NCBI GenBank assembly: GCA_963777605.1
Contig: CAVZRV010000007.1
Span: forward strand, 736,001 to 800,000
DNA length: 64,000 bases
Source: an uncultured Acidobacteriota bacterium
Lineage (GTDB): Bacteria; Acidobacteriota; UBA6911; RPQK01; JAPXNP01
Reading direction: 5' to 3'
Part shown: positions 45,870-58,329 of the stretch, in pieces
Numbering within the stretch: position 1 is the first letter of the stretch
How the letters are laid out: the number at the start of each line of letters is the position of its first letter
Program-made: the position numbers and the translations under genes
The notes under the pieces: model-generated
Seen by the model: only the letters and a program-made list of their open reading frames with translations
Told to the model about the DNA's origin: nothing
Databases searched by the model: none

Positions 45870-46994
45870 TTAGCCAACGCCCGGATCGCGAAGCAAACGC
45901 AGGTAGGCATCGCGTGTCGCCTGTAGTTTCTGGCACTGGGTGAACTGGGACTCAATTCGTCGATGCCCCGCTTCCCCGAATTCATGGCGCGCGTCGAGGT
46001 TGCAGAGCAGGGTTTCCAGAGCCTGGGCCAGGCTTTCAGGATCCTCCGGCTCGACAAGGTAGCCGGTTTCTCCATTCAAGACCAGTTCCGGGATTCCGCC
46101 GACGGTAGTCGAAACGACCGGCAGCCCAAAAGCCATGGCCGCCAGGATGGCCGAACTCAGCCCTTCCGAGAGGGAAGGCAGGCAGAAGATGTCGAATTGC
46201 TTCATCAAGGCGTCACTGTCCGGTCGAAAGCCAGTGAACATCACCTGTTCGGTCAACCCGAGTTCGCCCGCAAGGGTCTCCAACATTTCTCTCAACTCAC
46301 CGCCACCCACAATGACGAGCGAGAAGTCGAGCTTTTTCTCCTTCAGCATCCGTGCTGCCCGAAGAAGGGTGACATGTCCTTTCTCCATGCTGAGGTGGGC
46401 GACCGTGCCGATAATGGGCCCCTTCAGGGCAGGAGGAAGGCGATAGTCGGTCTGGAGTGCGTCAACCGTTGCCAGATCTACCCCTTCGTAAATGACTTCC
46501 ACCAGTTCCGCGTGCACTCCCAGGTTCACCAGCGTTGCCCTGATACTGGCCGAGACGGTAAAGACGCGATCGAGCAGAAGGTTGTACTTGAGAACGCTGA
46601 GTCGTGTCTTGAGCGGGAAATTGACTCGGCGCGAGGCCACCATCACCTTGACTCCGACCAATCGCCCAGCCAGGCATCCCACCAGGATTGGCTTGGGAGT
46701 ATTGAAGTGGAGAATTCCGCAGCCGGTCCGGCGAAGCAGCCCGAGAAATCGGAAGAACGCGGATATGCTCAGTTCGAATCGCTGGGGGAAATCAACGACT
46801 TCTATGCCCTCGTCCCTGGACCGCCGGCCGAGCGGAGAACCGGCTGGCGTAGCCAGGGCGATCCGGATTCCCAGCCGCTGCATGCCCAGCATCAAGCCAA
46901 GAAGCTGCTCCTGACCGCCTCGCCAAACCGTTTCAGTATCGACATAGAGGATCTTGACCTTGGGAAATGGGTCGGTCACACCTTCAACGCTCAA
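45870..46994 (-). CDS. Glycosyltransferase family 4
   Basis: WRGGQEQ, EKGH, FCLPSLSEGL, VGGIPELV; start uncertain. Confidence 0.88.
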   Translation of the reverse strand: MSVEGVTDPFPKVKILYVDTETVWRGGQEQLLGLMLGMQRLGIRIALATPAGSPLGRRSRDEGIEVVDFPQRFELSISAFFRFLGLLRRTGCGILHFNTPKPILVGCLAGRLVGVKVMVASRRVNFPLKTRLSVLKYNLLLDRVFTVSASIRATLVNLGVHAELVEVIYEGVDLATVDALQTDYRLPPALKGPIIGTVAHLSMEKGHVTLLRAARMLKEKKLDFSLVIVGGGELREMLETLAGELGLTEQVMFTGFRPDSDALMKQFDIFCLPSLSEGLSSAILAAMAFGLPVVSTTVGGIPELVLNGETGYLVEPEDPESLAQALETLLCNLDARHEFGEAGHRRIESQFTQCQKLQATRDAYLRLLRDPGVG

Positions 46995-47787
46995 GCCTGG
47001 ATCCCCTTTCCCGGCTCCATTCAGGCGGACCTGCGACTCCGCCTGACTGAAGCTCACGCAGCCGCATCAACCGGAAAAAGACCGAGGCCGCTGCCATGAT
47101 CGAAACGACAAAGCCCGGGAAACCGTCGAGAAAGCCTGCCCGCAAGAGATAGTTCTTCAGAAAAATCAACGGGGGGCTCAGGACAATCCGGCCAAGCCCA
47201 GCCTGCCGCCCCCGCTCCTGCTGATCGGCTGCCGCCAGGCTGGTAAACCGGGCCAACTGCTGCAGGTATTCTGAGATCGTCGAGTAGGTGAAATGATGAA
47301 TGTGGTTTCGAAATTGCCCCACCGGACCACTTGCCCGGAAGCCCTCATGAACCCGTCCCCCGGACCACTCCCCGCCATCCTTCCGAAACAGACGAACCTG
47401 CCAGTCGGGATACCACGTGGTGTGCCGGATCCAGCGGCCCATGAACCAGGTCAACCTGGGTATCCGGTAGGCGTCGCACTCCGGCTGGCGACTTTTCCAC
47501 TGCCTGATCTCATCCTTTAGTTCTTCACTCAGGCACTCGTCAGCATCCAGGCTGAGAACCCAGTTGTGCTGAGCAAGAGTCGTGGCATACGCTTTCTGAT
47601 CGCGATAGCCCAACCACGGTTGTGGGATAACCCGGGCCCCAAACCGGAGGCAGATTTCGGAAGTTCGGTCTTCACTGCCGGAATCGACGACTACGATCTC
47701 GTCACAAACCTCGGCCAGACTCGCCAGTGCTGCGGCGACCTTTTCTTCCTCATTAAATGTAATCACGACCCCGGAGAGCTTTCTCAC
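46984..47787 (-). CDS. Glycosyltransferase family 2 (WaaE/KdtX-like LPS core glucosyltransferase)
   Basis: VITFNEE, VDSGSED, LSLDADE, WYPDWQVRLF, VHE, GFLDG. Confidence 0.88.
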   Translation of the reverse strand: MRKLSGVVITFNEEEKVAAALASLAEVCDEIVVVDSGSEDRTSEICLRFGARVIPQPWLGYRDQKAYATTLAQHNWVLSLDADECLSEELKDEIRQWKSRQPECDAYRIPRLTWFMGRWIRHTTWYPDWQVRLFRKDGGEWSGGRVHEGFRASGPVGQFRNHIHHFTYSTISEYLQQLARFTSLAAADQQERGRQAGLGRIVLSPPLIFLKNYLLRAGFLDGFPGFVVSIMAAASVFFRLMRLRELQSGGVAGPPEWSRERGSRLER

Positions 47788-48840
47788 CGATATTCCGGAT
47801 GGTTTTCGATTACTTCACGCTGATTATAGTAGACACGAATCGGCGCTTTTGAATAGAAATCGTCCAGCAACTTCCGCACTTCCTGATCGGTTCTCCGGGA
47901 CGCGGCCCGTTCCGACCGCCTCAACCGGATTGCTTCACTCCAGTGCCCGAGCGCCGAAGCCAGGGCGCGGTAGAAATCAAAATCGAGTAGCCAGGAATCG
48001 GGTACCGGACAAAACCACCAGCATCAGGATGTGCCGGAGCAGAAAACTTGGACTGTGCAGGTTCACCCAATGGAAAAGCAACCGGTTGCGCAGCGACAAT
48101 CGCTCCACGGTCCGATTGCGGTAATGCCTGTCGATGGTGGTACTCGTCCGGTGACGGGCCCGGCTTCGCGGTTCATAGAGGATGAGCCATCCCCGCTTCC
48201 ATCCTCGATAGGAGAGATCGACGTCCTCCCAGTGGAAGGGCGACAGAAGTTCCAGGAATCCGCCCAACTGGGCAAGTTTCTCCCGGTCGAACGTGGCGAA
48301 CCCGCCGATTGCGTAGAACGAAAACAGGCGGTTGCCTTCGCGAGAGGGATCCAACTCGGACTCGGTCAAGTCGTAATTAAAATAGACACTCCAAAAGCCC
48401 CTGCGGAACCGCCCGTAGCGCCCTCCAGTCGTGAAGATCGGGGCGTCCCACTCGAAGACCTTTGCCGTTACGGCGAACACCTCGGGATCACTGAAATGCT
48501 CGGCCATGTAGACGAGGTAGTCCGGCTCAACCTGGACGTCGTTGTTGAGAAGAGCAACCAGTTGATGGCGAGCTTGGGCAAAACCGAGGTTGCAGGCTCC
48601 CGCAAACCCCCGGTTGGTCCCTCCGCGCACCAGAATGGCGGAGGGGAATTCATTGGGGAATGAGTCGGCCGTGCCGTCGGTACTTCCGTCGTCCACCACG
48701 ATCAATTCGGTTTCCGCTCCGAATTGATCCCGGTAGCGCTGCATCGCCTCCAGGACCGAGGGCAGGCTCTCCCGAAGGAGATCGAGTCCATTCCAGGATG
48801 GGACCACGACGCTGATCGAAGGGCCGGGTACCTTTGGCAC
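47784..48840 (-). CDS. Glycosyltransferase family 2 (frameshifted near the C-terminus)
   Basis: VVVPSWNG, VDDGSTDG, NRGFAGACN, LLNND, EDVDLSYR; removing one G near 47991 extends the ORF to the TGA that overlaps the next GTG start; start uncertain. Confidence 0.8.
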
Positions 48841-48889
48841 CCGGCCCGTGGTTTGGTTAACGATAGTCTTGTCCGTGGAGAGAGATCGA

Positions 48890-51173
<2,284 letters not shown>

Positions 51174-51369
51174 GGATCTGAATGTTGACAGAGGCGGCCT
51201 CGGCTGTCAACAAAGGAGACCCCTCTGCGCTCTTCAATCAGGATGGTCTAAACATCTAATAAAAATAGACTTGAGCGTATTGCAATCAGGAGTTCGGAAG
51301 GCCTGGTCCAGCCGCTCGGTGAAGGTCCGTCGCCCCCCTTTGGAAAGGGTTCTGATTCGCCCCGGTGGA

Positions 51370-52326
51370 CTACTGATTCTGCCGCTTTATGCGCTCCTGG
51401 ACCCTGCTCACACTCTGCTTGAGCGACGGATCCGGGTGGAGGCGTAATGCCTCCTGGTAGTTCTTGAGGGAATCGGCATAGCGCTTGTCGAGTTCGTAGA
51501 TATATCCCAGCCGGTTGAAGGTCTCCCATTTGGAGGGAAGCAACTGGGCGCTCTTGTGAAAAGCCTCTTCGGCTTTCGCCCGATCGTCCGCGAAGAGCCG
51601 GGCCAGGCCAAGGTTATACCATGCCTCTCCGTCGTCCGGATGGGCACGCACGAACTGGGCCAGGGCCGTCGCGGCTTCCCTGTAACGTTTCTCTCCGAGA
51701 GCCACTAGAGCTTCCTGGTATCCAACCCTGTCCAGATACAGTTTCGCCTGCTGGTTTGACGGCTGAAGAGCAACCGCCTGTTCCAGGTACTTCCGGGCCT
51801 CGGAGAACTTGCCGATGTTCAGGTAGGCCAAGCCCAACTGGAGCACGTCAGTGTACTCACCCCGTTGGATCGTTACGGCCTTCTCCAGATCGGCGAGAGC
51901 CTCCGCATAACGCTGGGCATTGTAATTAGCCGAGCCCCGCAGGTGATACAACTGGTATCGTTCTTTCGGGGAACGAGCCAGGTGTTCTGCACGAAGAAGC
52001 GTCGCGACGCAGTCCTGATAGCGGCCCAGGTTGAATTCCGCTATTGCAGCTCCCATTAAATCAACCAGGCTCTCAGGATCGAGTTCGGCCGCTTTGTGAA
52101 AGGCTTTTGACGCCTTGTCGAACTCTTTCAGCTTCAGGTAGCTGTCGCCCAGTACCCGGTACCCGGCTTCGTACTCGGGGTTGCTCTTGACCAGTTCCTC
52201 AAACTCCTCGATCGCCTTGGCAAACTGTCCCTGCTTGTAGTACGAGAAACCCTTCTGGAAATCCCCTTGCGCCCACACCGATCCCGGGAAGAGGAGAATT
52301 GCCAGGACTGGGAGTAATCGCCTCAT
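51370..52326 (-). CDS. Periplasmic TPR protein
   Basis: Signal peptide (VWA-Q) followed by about 8 TPR repeats. Confidence 0.85.
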   Translation of the reverse strand: MRRLLPVLAILLFPGSVWAQGDFQKGFSYYKQGQFAKAIEEFEELVKSNPEYEAGYRVLGDSYLKLKEFDKASKAFHKAAELDPESLVDLMGAAIAEFNLGRYQDCVATLLRAEHLARSPKERYQLYHLRGSANYNAQRYAEALADLEKAVTIQRGEYTDVLQLGLAYLNIGKFSEARKYLEQAVALQPSNQQAKLYLDRVGYQEALVALGEKRYREAATALAQFVRAHPDDGEAWYNLGLARLFADDRAKAEEAFHKSAQLLPSKWETFNRLGYIYELDKRYADSLKNYQEALRLHPDPSLKQSVSRVQERIKRQNQ

Positions 52327-52331
52327 GTCGG

Positions 52332-52772
52332 TTACTGAAAGTAGCCCAGCGCCTTCCACCGGGCAATTTCGGATTCCGTGGGGATTGACACGTTATTCAC
52401 TTGAAGCTGCCGGAGGAGGTCGAAGACATCGATCATGACGAAGTAGGGCACGTCCGGCATCGTCTGGATGATCACCGGCTTCTCGGGATTCTGTTCCATC
52501 TTTGACTGCACGTAGCCACCCATCTCCGCGAGCGTCATCGGCACTCGGTCAACCTGAAACTGGCCGTCCCCGACGATCTTGATGTGAATGGCCTCTTCCG
52601 GCTGCACGTTCAGCTCGGTCGGGTCGTCTTTCGGGAACTGAAATCGAAGTCCTTGATTGGTCGTGTATACGGCCGTCAGCATGAAGAAAACAATCAGCAG
52701 AAATGCAATATCCGCCATCGAGGAGGTCGGCACTTCGGCAGTCCGTCGCAAACGTGATCTTCGCGCCGCCAT
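52332..52772 (-). CDS. exbD: ExbD/TolR family protein
   Basis: SMADIAFLLIVFFML with the conserved TM Asp. Confidence 0.88.
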   Translation of the reverse strand: MAARRSRLRRTAEVPTSSMADIAFLLIVFFMLTAVYTTNQGLRFQFPKDDPTELNVQPEEAIHIKIVGDGQFQVDRVPMTLAEMGGYVQSKMEQNPEKPVIIQTMPDVPYFVMIDVFDLLRQLQVNNVSIPTESEIARWKALGYFQ

Positions 52773-52773
52773 G

Positions 52774-53214
52774 CTAGCCTCCGTTTTCCTTCTTGATCGG
52801 CTCGGGCCTGGTCAGCAACCCGATCCGCTTGGCTCCATTCTTCCTGAGGGCGTCCAGAACCTGATCGATTGACTGGTAGCGCGCCTCTCGATCAGCCTTC
52901 ACGACAAACTCCTTGCTCGGGACCAGAGCGATAATCTCCTTCACAAGGTTGCCCAGCTCTTCCGGCCCCGAAAGAGCAACCGATTCCTCTTCTCCGGTCG
53001 TGAACTTGATCTGGCCGTCCTTGGTGACGGCAATAATCGCGGCTTCCTTGTTCACTTCAGCCTGCGTGATCGATCTGGGCAGTTGAACGCTGGTACGTTC
53101 CGGCGAGAAAGAGGTCGTCAGCATGAAGAAGATGATCAGAAGGAACGCAATATCAGCCATCGACGCCGTCGGCACCGTCGGTTGAATTGTCGAAACCTGC
53201 TCCCTCAGCTTCAT
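52774..53214 (-). CDS. exbD: ExbD/TolR family protein
   Basis: SMADIAFLLIIFFML, VKADREARY. Confidence 0.9.
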   Translation of the reverse strand: MKLREQVSTIQPTVPTASMADIAFLLIIFFMLTTSFSPERTSVQLPRSITQAEVNKEAAIIAVTKDGQIKFTTGEEESVALSGPEELGNLVKEIIALVPSKEFVVKADREARYQSIDQVLDALRKNGAKRIGLLTRPEPIKKENGG

Positions 53215-53867
53215 GCGGCTTCCGTCGTGTCCCCTTCGACCTCGATCTCGTTGAAGGTCTCGAGCAGCACCGAGGAGCTGATTTCCATATCCAGGGCAAA
53301 CTGCGAAACCCTATTGTTAAAGTAGTTGTAGGCCGCCTGGACGGGCAGAGCGATCATGAGACCGGTTGCAGTCGTGATCAGTGCTTCCGAAATACCACCT
53401 GCAACCGCCTCCGGGTTGCCGAGACCGACTTCCGCCAAGGCCTCGAAGGACCCGATCATACCGGTTACGGTGCCGAGAAAGCCGAAAAGAGGAGCGATGT
53501 TTGCAACGGTAGCCAGTATCCAGAGCCCTTTTTCGAGCTTGGACACCTCGTGCAGGGCAACACTCTCCATCGCCTTCTCTATTTCCTCGTGAGATTTTCC
53601 GAACCGAAGCAGCCCGGACTTCAACGTAATCGCGACCGGGTGCTCAAAGCCTTCACAAATCTCGATGGCACGTCGGAGTTGACGATCCAGAAGGGACTCA
53701 CGAACTTCGGACACGATTTCCGCTGTTTCGCCCTTGATTCGGTAGTAGGCAATGACCCTCTCAACGATAAAGACCACACCCAAAATCGAGCAGGCGAGCA
53801 ACGGCCACATCATAAAACCGCCCTGCGAAAAATATCTCCAGAGCGGCCCGCCAATAGCTATCAACAA
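53211..53867 (-). CDS. exbB: MotA/TolQ/ExbB proton channel
   Basis: GGFMMWPL, APLFGFLGTVTGMI, GISEALITTATGL. Confidence 0.9.
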   Translation of the reverse strand: MLIAIGGPLWRYFSQGGFMMWPLLACSILGVVFIVERVIAYYRIKGETAEIVSEVRESLLDRQLRRAIEICEGFEHPVAITLKSGLLRFGKSHEEIEKAMESVALHEVSKLEKGLWILATVANIAPLFGFLGTVTGMIGSFEALAEVGLGNPEAVAGGISEALITTATGLMIALPVQAAYNYFNNRVSQFALDMEISSSVLLETFNEIEVEGDTTEAA

Positions 53868-54006
53868 ATTGCTACCCTCCAGCTGACGTTCAACACGACC
53901 AGTTCAGCGCCTTTGACTCGGCACTTGTTATCTTAGACGGCGAAAAGGCTTCAAAGTGATCAAATTAACAGAAAATCCGAAATGAGTGCAAAAACGGGCG
54001 GGCGGG

Positions 54007-55386
54007 TTAGGGGATCGAAATGTTGAGCCGCTTGAGCTTCTCGTTCAAGGTAGTGGGATTGACCTTGAGCAGGCTCGCCGCTTTCTTCTGATTCCAGTCG
54101 GTCTTCTTCAGCGCGGTGACGATCAGGTTCCGTTCGAACTCCAAAACCAGATCGCGCAGCGAGGCACCATTGTCGTTCAACTGGAGCCGCTCAATTGAGA
54201 GAGACGTCGATTCGAAGATCTCGTGAGGGAAGAGTTGGCGAGTGATGACCCCGTCTTCGGGGGCGAGCACGACGGCTCGCTCGATGGCGTTCTCCAGCTC
54301 CCGAACGTTCCCGGGCCAGTCGTACTCCATGAGCAGTTTCAGTGCCCCCTGGTCCATCGTGCAGGGCGGGCGGCCATTGATCTCAGAGAACTGCTTTACG
54401 AAGTGTTCCACCAACAGACTGATATCGTCCTTGCGGTCGCGCAGGGGAGGCAACGGAACGGTGATAACGTTCAGTCGGTAGTAGAGATCGTCCCGAAAAG
54501 TTCCCGCGGCGACGGCTTCTCGCAGATCGACGTTGGTAGCCGCCACGATTCGAACATCGACCTTGATGTTCTCGATTCCCCCAATGCGACGAAATTCCCG
54601 CTCCTGGATAACTCTGAGGAGCTTGGCTTGAGTCTCATGCGGCAAAGTCCCGACTTCATCGAGGAAAATAGTTCCTTCGTCGGCAACCTCAAATAGACCT
54701 TTCTTGGTCGCAACCGCTCCCGTGAACGCGCCTTTGACGTGCCCAAAGAGCTCACTTTCGAGCAAGTCCTGGGGGATGCTTCCACTGTTGACCGCCACAA
54801 AGGGCTTGTCTTTTCGCGGGCTGGTATTGTGCAGAGCTTTGGCGACCAGCTCTTTTCCGGTGCCACTCTCCCCAGCGATCAGTATCGTGCTCCGGCTGGG
54901 CCCGACGTGAGAGATGAGCTCGAAAACGCGCTGCATCGGCTCGCTCTTTCCGATGATGTTCTGAAAGGCGTATCGCTTTTCGAACGACTTCTTGAGGCGT
55001 CGGTTCTCCAGTTCGAGGCTCCGCTGCCGCAACCCATTGCGGATGAGGTGCAGGAGTTCCTCGTTCTTGAAGGGCTTAGTGACAAAGTCGAAAGCCCCCG
55101 CCTTGGTCGCCTGGACGGCGTTCTCGACTGAAGCGTATGCCGAAATCATCACAACGACGATATCCGGATCGAATTCGAGGATTTCCTCAAGGGCCTGCAG
55201 CCCGCTCTTGCCCGGCAGCATCAGGTCGAGGAGAACCAGGTCGAAGGGCTCATCCCTGAGCTTGGCCAGCCCCTCGTCCGCGGTCGGAGCGGTCTGGACG
55301 GCGTAACCCTCTCTGCTCAGAAGCCTCGAGATGACTTCTCGCATGATTTCCTCGTCATCGATGAGGAGAATTGCAGGGTTCGCCAT
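54007..55386 (-). CDS. Sigma54-dependent response regulator (NtrC family)
   Basis: REC domain (DD, DLMLP, KPF), GESGTGKE, ESELFGH, GAFTGA, WPGNVREL, Fis-type HTH. Confidence 0.95.
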   Translation of the reverse strand: MANPAILLIDDEEIMREVISRLLSREGYAVQTAPTADEGLAKLRDEPFDLVLLDLMLPGKSGLQALEEILEFDPDIVVVMISAYASVENAVQATKAGAFDFVTKPFKNEELLHLIRNGLRQRSLELENRRLKKSFEKRYAFQNIIGKSEPMQRVFELISHVGPSRSTILIAGESGTGKELVAKALHNTSPRKDKPFVAVNSGSIPQDLLESELFGHVKGAFTGAVATKKGLFEVADEGTIFLDEVGTLPHETQAKLLRVIQEREFRRIGGIENIKVDVRIVAATNVDLREAVAAGTFRDDLYYRLNVITVPLPPLRDRKDDISLLVEHFVKQFSEINGRPPCTMDQGALKLLMEYDWPGNVRELENAIERAVVLAPEDGVITRQLFPHEIFESTSLSIERLQLNDNGASLRDLVLEFERNLIVTALKKTDWNQKKAASLLKVNPTTLNEKLKRLNISIP

Positions 55387-55400
55387 GAAGCGGGCTCGAA

Positions 55401-58250
55401 CTAATTGACTCGCTTGACCGGGATGAAAACGGAGAAGGTCGTTCCTTTTCCAGGCAGGCTGTCTACCTTGATCCGGCCCGAGTGTTCCTGAATAATACCA
55501 TACGAAACGGCGAGGCCCAGGCCGGTGCCCCGACCTACCGGCTTGGTCGTAAAGAACGGATCGTAGATCCGCTTGATGTCGTCCGGAGCGATGCCTGTCC
55601 CCGAGTCTTCCACCAGGACCACCAGTTCAGAATTGACCTGCCGGGTCGAAAGTCGAAGCCGCCCCCCCTTGGGCATGGAATCACGCGCATTCAGGAAGAG
55701 ATTCATGAACACCTGCTGGAGCTTGCCGGAATTCCCGATCGTTGAAGGAAGTGTCGGTTCGAAGTCCATGTCGATCTCGATGGCGCTCTTCTTGAACTGG
55801 TGAGCCAAAAGGGACAGGGTGTCCAGCATCAGAGAGTTGAGATTGAGTTCTTCGAAATCGCGATCCGAAAAGCGCGCGAAGTTGAGCAGATTGTTCAGGA
55901 TATCGGAGGCCCGAAAACTCTGCTTCTCAATCTTCTCCAAAAGTTCTCGCTGCGGATCACCCTTCGGAGCATCCCCTAACAGCATCTGGGCATAACTGGA
56001 AATCGCCGCCAGCGGAGTGTTCACTTCGTGGGCGATTCCGGCGGCAAAGAGACCGATTGAGCTGAGGCGCTCGGCCTGCTGCAACTGGTTCTCCAACCGT
56101 ACCCGCTCGGTGATGTCATTAAATATCAGCAGGGTACCCGTATTGACATCCTCGTGGGAAATGAAGGGCGCGAGAGTGATGTTCAGCAGTCTCAAGTTAT
56201 CGTCGGCAAGTTCCAGGTGCGCCTTGTAGATCTGGTGAGATTCCTTCAGAACCCAGTCCGGCCCATCCACAATCTGGGCCAACACTTCGCGGAGATTCGC
56301 AGGCAATACGTCCTGGATCGGTCGACCGATTGCCGCATCCCTCGAGATTCCGGTCACAGCTGCCATGGAGCTGTTCCACACCGTTACGGTCCCGGAATCG
56401 GACACGACGGCAACTCCGAGGCTGATCGACTCGATCACATTTTCACTGTAGATCTGGAGTTCCAGAAGCTCGTTCGCCTTCTTCTCCAGGGATCGGTAAA
56501 GGAGGGCATTGTCGATGGCAATTGCCGCATAACCGGCCAGGCTGGAGACCAAGTCCAGGTCTTCGCTGGAAAGAAAGTCTCCGCCCCGGCGCCGGCCCAG
56601 GGCGATAAATCCGACCAGGCGGCCCCTCACCAAGAGAGGTTCCACGTAGCGCAGCCCACAACGGTGGAGCGACTCCCGCATCGGCGACAGCCTTTCCTCG
56701 CTCCCACCCATCTCCAAGGATGCTCCCTCGGAAGCCAATCGAAACAGTGCCGGTTCGGGAATTTCGAGAGAAGTGAGCCGGTCCACAGACTCCAGCCCGA
56801 CGCCGGTCTGGAGACGAAACGTCGCGCTCGTCCGATCGTCGCGCAGGAACACCGCTACTGCGGTCACATCGAGAGTCTGGTAAATCCGATTGGACACCTG
56901 TTCGGTCAATTTCCCCAATTGAATTTCGGAGCCGAGGGTTTTCCCGAAATCAAGAAAAGACTGGCGATACCCGTAGCGGTCTCGATAGAAATATCGATCA
57001 AGCTGTTCCTGGATCCGGTCGCGCAGCGGAGCAAAGAAAAACCCAACGGCCAGCGCGGACACGGCCAAAAGGAAAAAGCTGCTCTCGGGAGAGAGATCCT
57101 GGACCGCGCGTCCGATCAGGAGAGCGATCCCGACGTAGAAGGCAAGCAGGGTCGAGCTGGCCACAACGTAAGCCGCTCCCCGCTTGAAGATCACATCCAC
57201 GTCCTTCAGCCGGAACTTGGCAATCGCGTACCCGAAACTCAGCGGAACGAGGCAAAGCGAAATGACCGAGAACTCCATCCAGCGGGCAATCCGCAGATCG
57301 AGCAGGTAGGGGATCGCATACAGGACTGTGAATGGGAGCACCCCCAACAGACACCCAGAGGCAATCCACTGCATCTGCTTGCGCTGGACAGGGCGGTTCG
57401 TGCTCCGCTGGGCGCTCACAATGGCATAGCTCGCCAGAGCCAGGTAAATCACGAAATGCGCCAGTTCCAGTTTGTCGAGCACCAGGCCCGAGCGGCCGGA
57501 ACGGCCCCACCCGACAAAGCGCAACTGGCCAAAAAACCAGGCGGTGTGGATGACACCGAGCAGAATTGCCGGCGTGTACAGAATGAACTTCCGATGGGCT
57601 AGGCGCCCGAGAGCTTCCACCGGTTCCGGAAAGTAGAGGCAGAAATGCAGGATGATGGGAGGCAACAGCAGAAACGCCCCCGCTGAGAGCCAGTAGACTG
57701 CCACATCGAAAGCATCTGCTCTCCCTGAGTATCGGAACATCAGCAGCGCGAAGGCTACCAGGGAAAGTACGGCGAAATGAAAAGCCCCCGGTGCCCGGGA
57801 GTTCTTCATGAACGTCAGCACTCCTAAGATCAGGAACGCGAACGCCACCAGAATCAGGGGAAAATCCGAGGCCCCGAGTTGAGCCCTGCCTTCGAGCGTA
57901 ACCGGAACCGTAACCTCTGCTCCCGAACCAGGACGACGAAAGGTGTAGTCGGCCAAGGCTGCGGAATCGCGGCTCTCCACGAGGACTTCGGTGATCTCGG
58001 CATAATCATCGAGCGAGCGGACACGCAGCCCGTTGATGTCAACGAGGAGATCGCCCGGCTTGATGATCGCTTCAAGAGGCGAATTTGAGACCTCCGTGAC
58101 CACCACGCCCTGGTCCGACTGCTCCCACTGGATCCCGTCGATGGGACTTTTCCACTGGATGCGATCGGCAAGATTCAGCACGCCCAGGTAAACTAGTACC
58201 GGAGCCAAAGTGAGAATCAGAAGTGATCTTAGCCGACCGGACAAAAACAT
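55401..58250 (-). CDS. Multi-TM sensor histidine kinase (PDZ-like, GAF, PAS, HisKA, HATPase)
   Basis: IKPGDLLVDING PDZ-like segment, many TM helices, GAF (AAIAIDNALLY), PAS, AHEVNTPL, DPFFTTK, GTGLGL. Confidence 0.9.
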   Translation of the reverse strand: MFLSGRLRSLLILTLAPVLVYLGVLNLADRIQWKSPIDGIQWEQSDQGVVVTEVSNSPLEAIIKPGDLLVDINGLRVRSLDDYAEITEVLVESRDSAALADYTFRRPGSGAEVTVPVTLEGRAQLGASDFPLILVAFAFLILGVLTFMKNSRAPGAFHFAVLSLVAFALLMFRYSGRADAFDVAVYWLSAGAFLLLPPIILHFCLYFPEPVEALGRLAHRKFILYTPAILLGVIHTAWFFGQLRFVGWGRSGRSGLVLDKLELAHFVIYLALASYAIVSAQRSTNRPVQRKQMQWIASGCLLGVLPFTVLYAIPYLLDLRIARWMEFSVISLCLVPLSFGYAIAKFRLKDVDVIFKRGAAYVVASSTLLAFYVGIALLIGRAVQDLSPESSFFLLAVSALAVGFFFAPLRDRIQEQLDRYFYRDRYGYRQSFLDFGKTLGSEIQLGKLTEQVSNRIYQTLDVTAVAVFLRDDRTSATFRLQTGVGLESVDRLTSLEIPEPALFRLASEGASLEMGGSEERLSPMRESLHRCGLRYVEPLLVRGRLVGFIALGRRRGGDFLSSEDLDLVSSLAGYAAIAIDNALLYRSLEKKANELLELQIYSENVIESISLGVAVVSDSGTVTVWNSSMAAVTGISRDAAIGRPIQDVLPANLREVLAQIVDGPDWVLKESHQIYKAHLELADDNLRLLNITLAPFISHEDVNTGTLLIFNDITERVRLENQLQQAERLSSIGLFAAGIAHEVNTPLAAISSYAQMLLGDAPKGDPQRELLEKIEKQSFRASDILNNLLNFARFSDRDFEELNLNSLMLDTLSLLAHQFKKSAIEIDMDFEPTLPSTIGNSGKLQQVFMNLFLNARDSMPKGGRLRLSTRQVNSELVVLVEDSGTGIAPDDIKRIYDPFFTTKPVGRGTGLGLAVSYGIIQEHSGRIKVDSLPGKGTTFSVFIPVKRVN

Positions 58251-58313
58251 TCTCTCATCGCCGAAACAGCACTCTCCAGAGAGCGCACAATTACACTCTC
58301 CTTCACTAAACAA

Positions 58314-58329
58314 AGCACGTTGGGTGCCA
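58314..58329 (-). promoter_or_regulatory. Sigma54 -24/-12 promoter upstream of the kinase
   Basis: Minus strand TGGCAC-CCAAC-GTGCT with exact GG-N10-GC spacing, about 65 nt before the ATG. Confidence 0.6.

Noticed and set aside
45374-45870. tmRNA (ssrA) near smpB, and tRNAs in intergenic gaps
   Set aside because: No room next to smpB, and no cloverleaf/T-loop/CCA pattern recognised by eye in the intergenic regions
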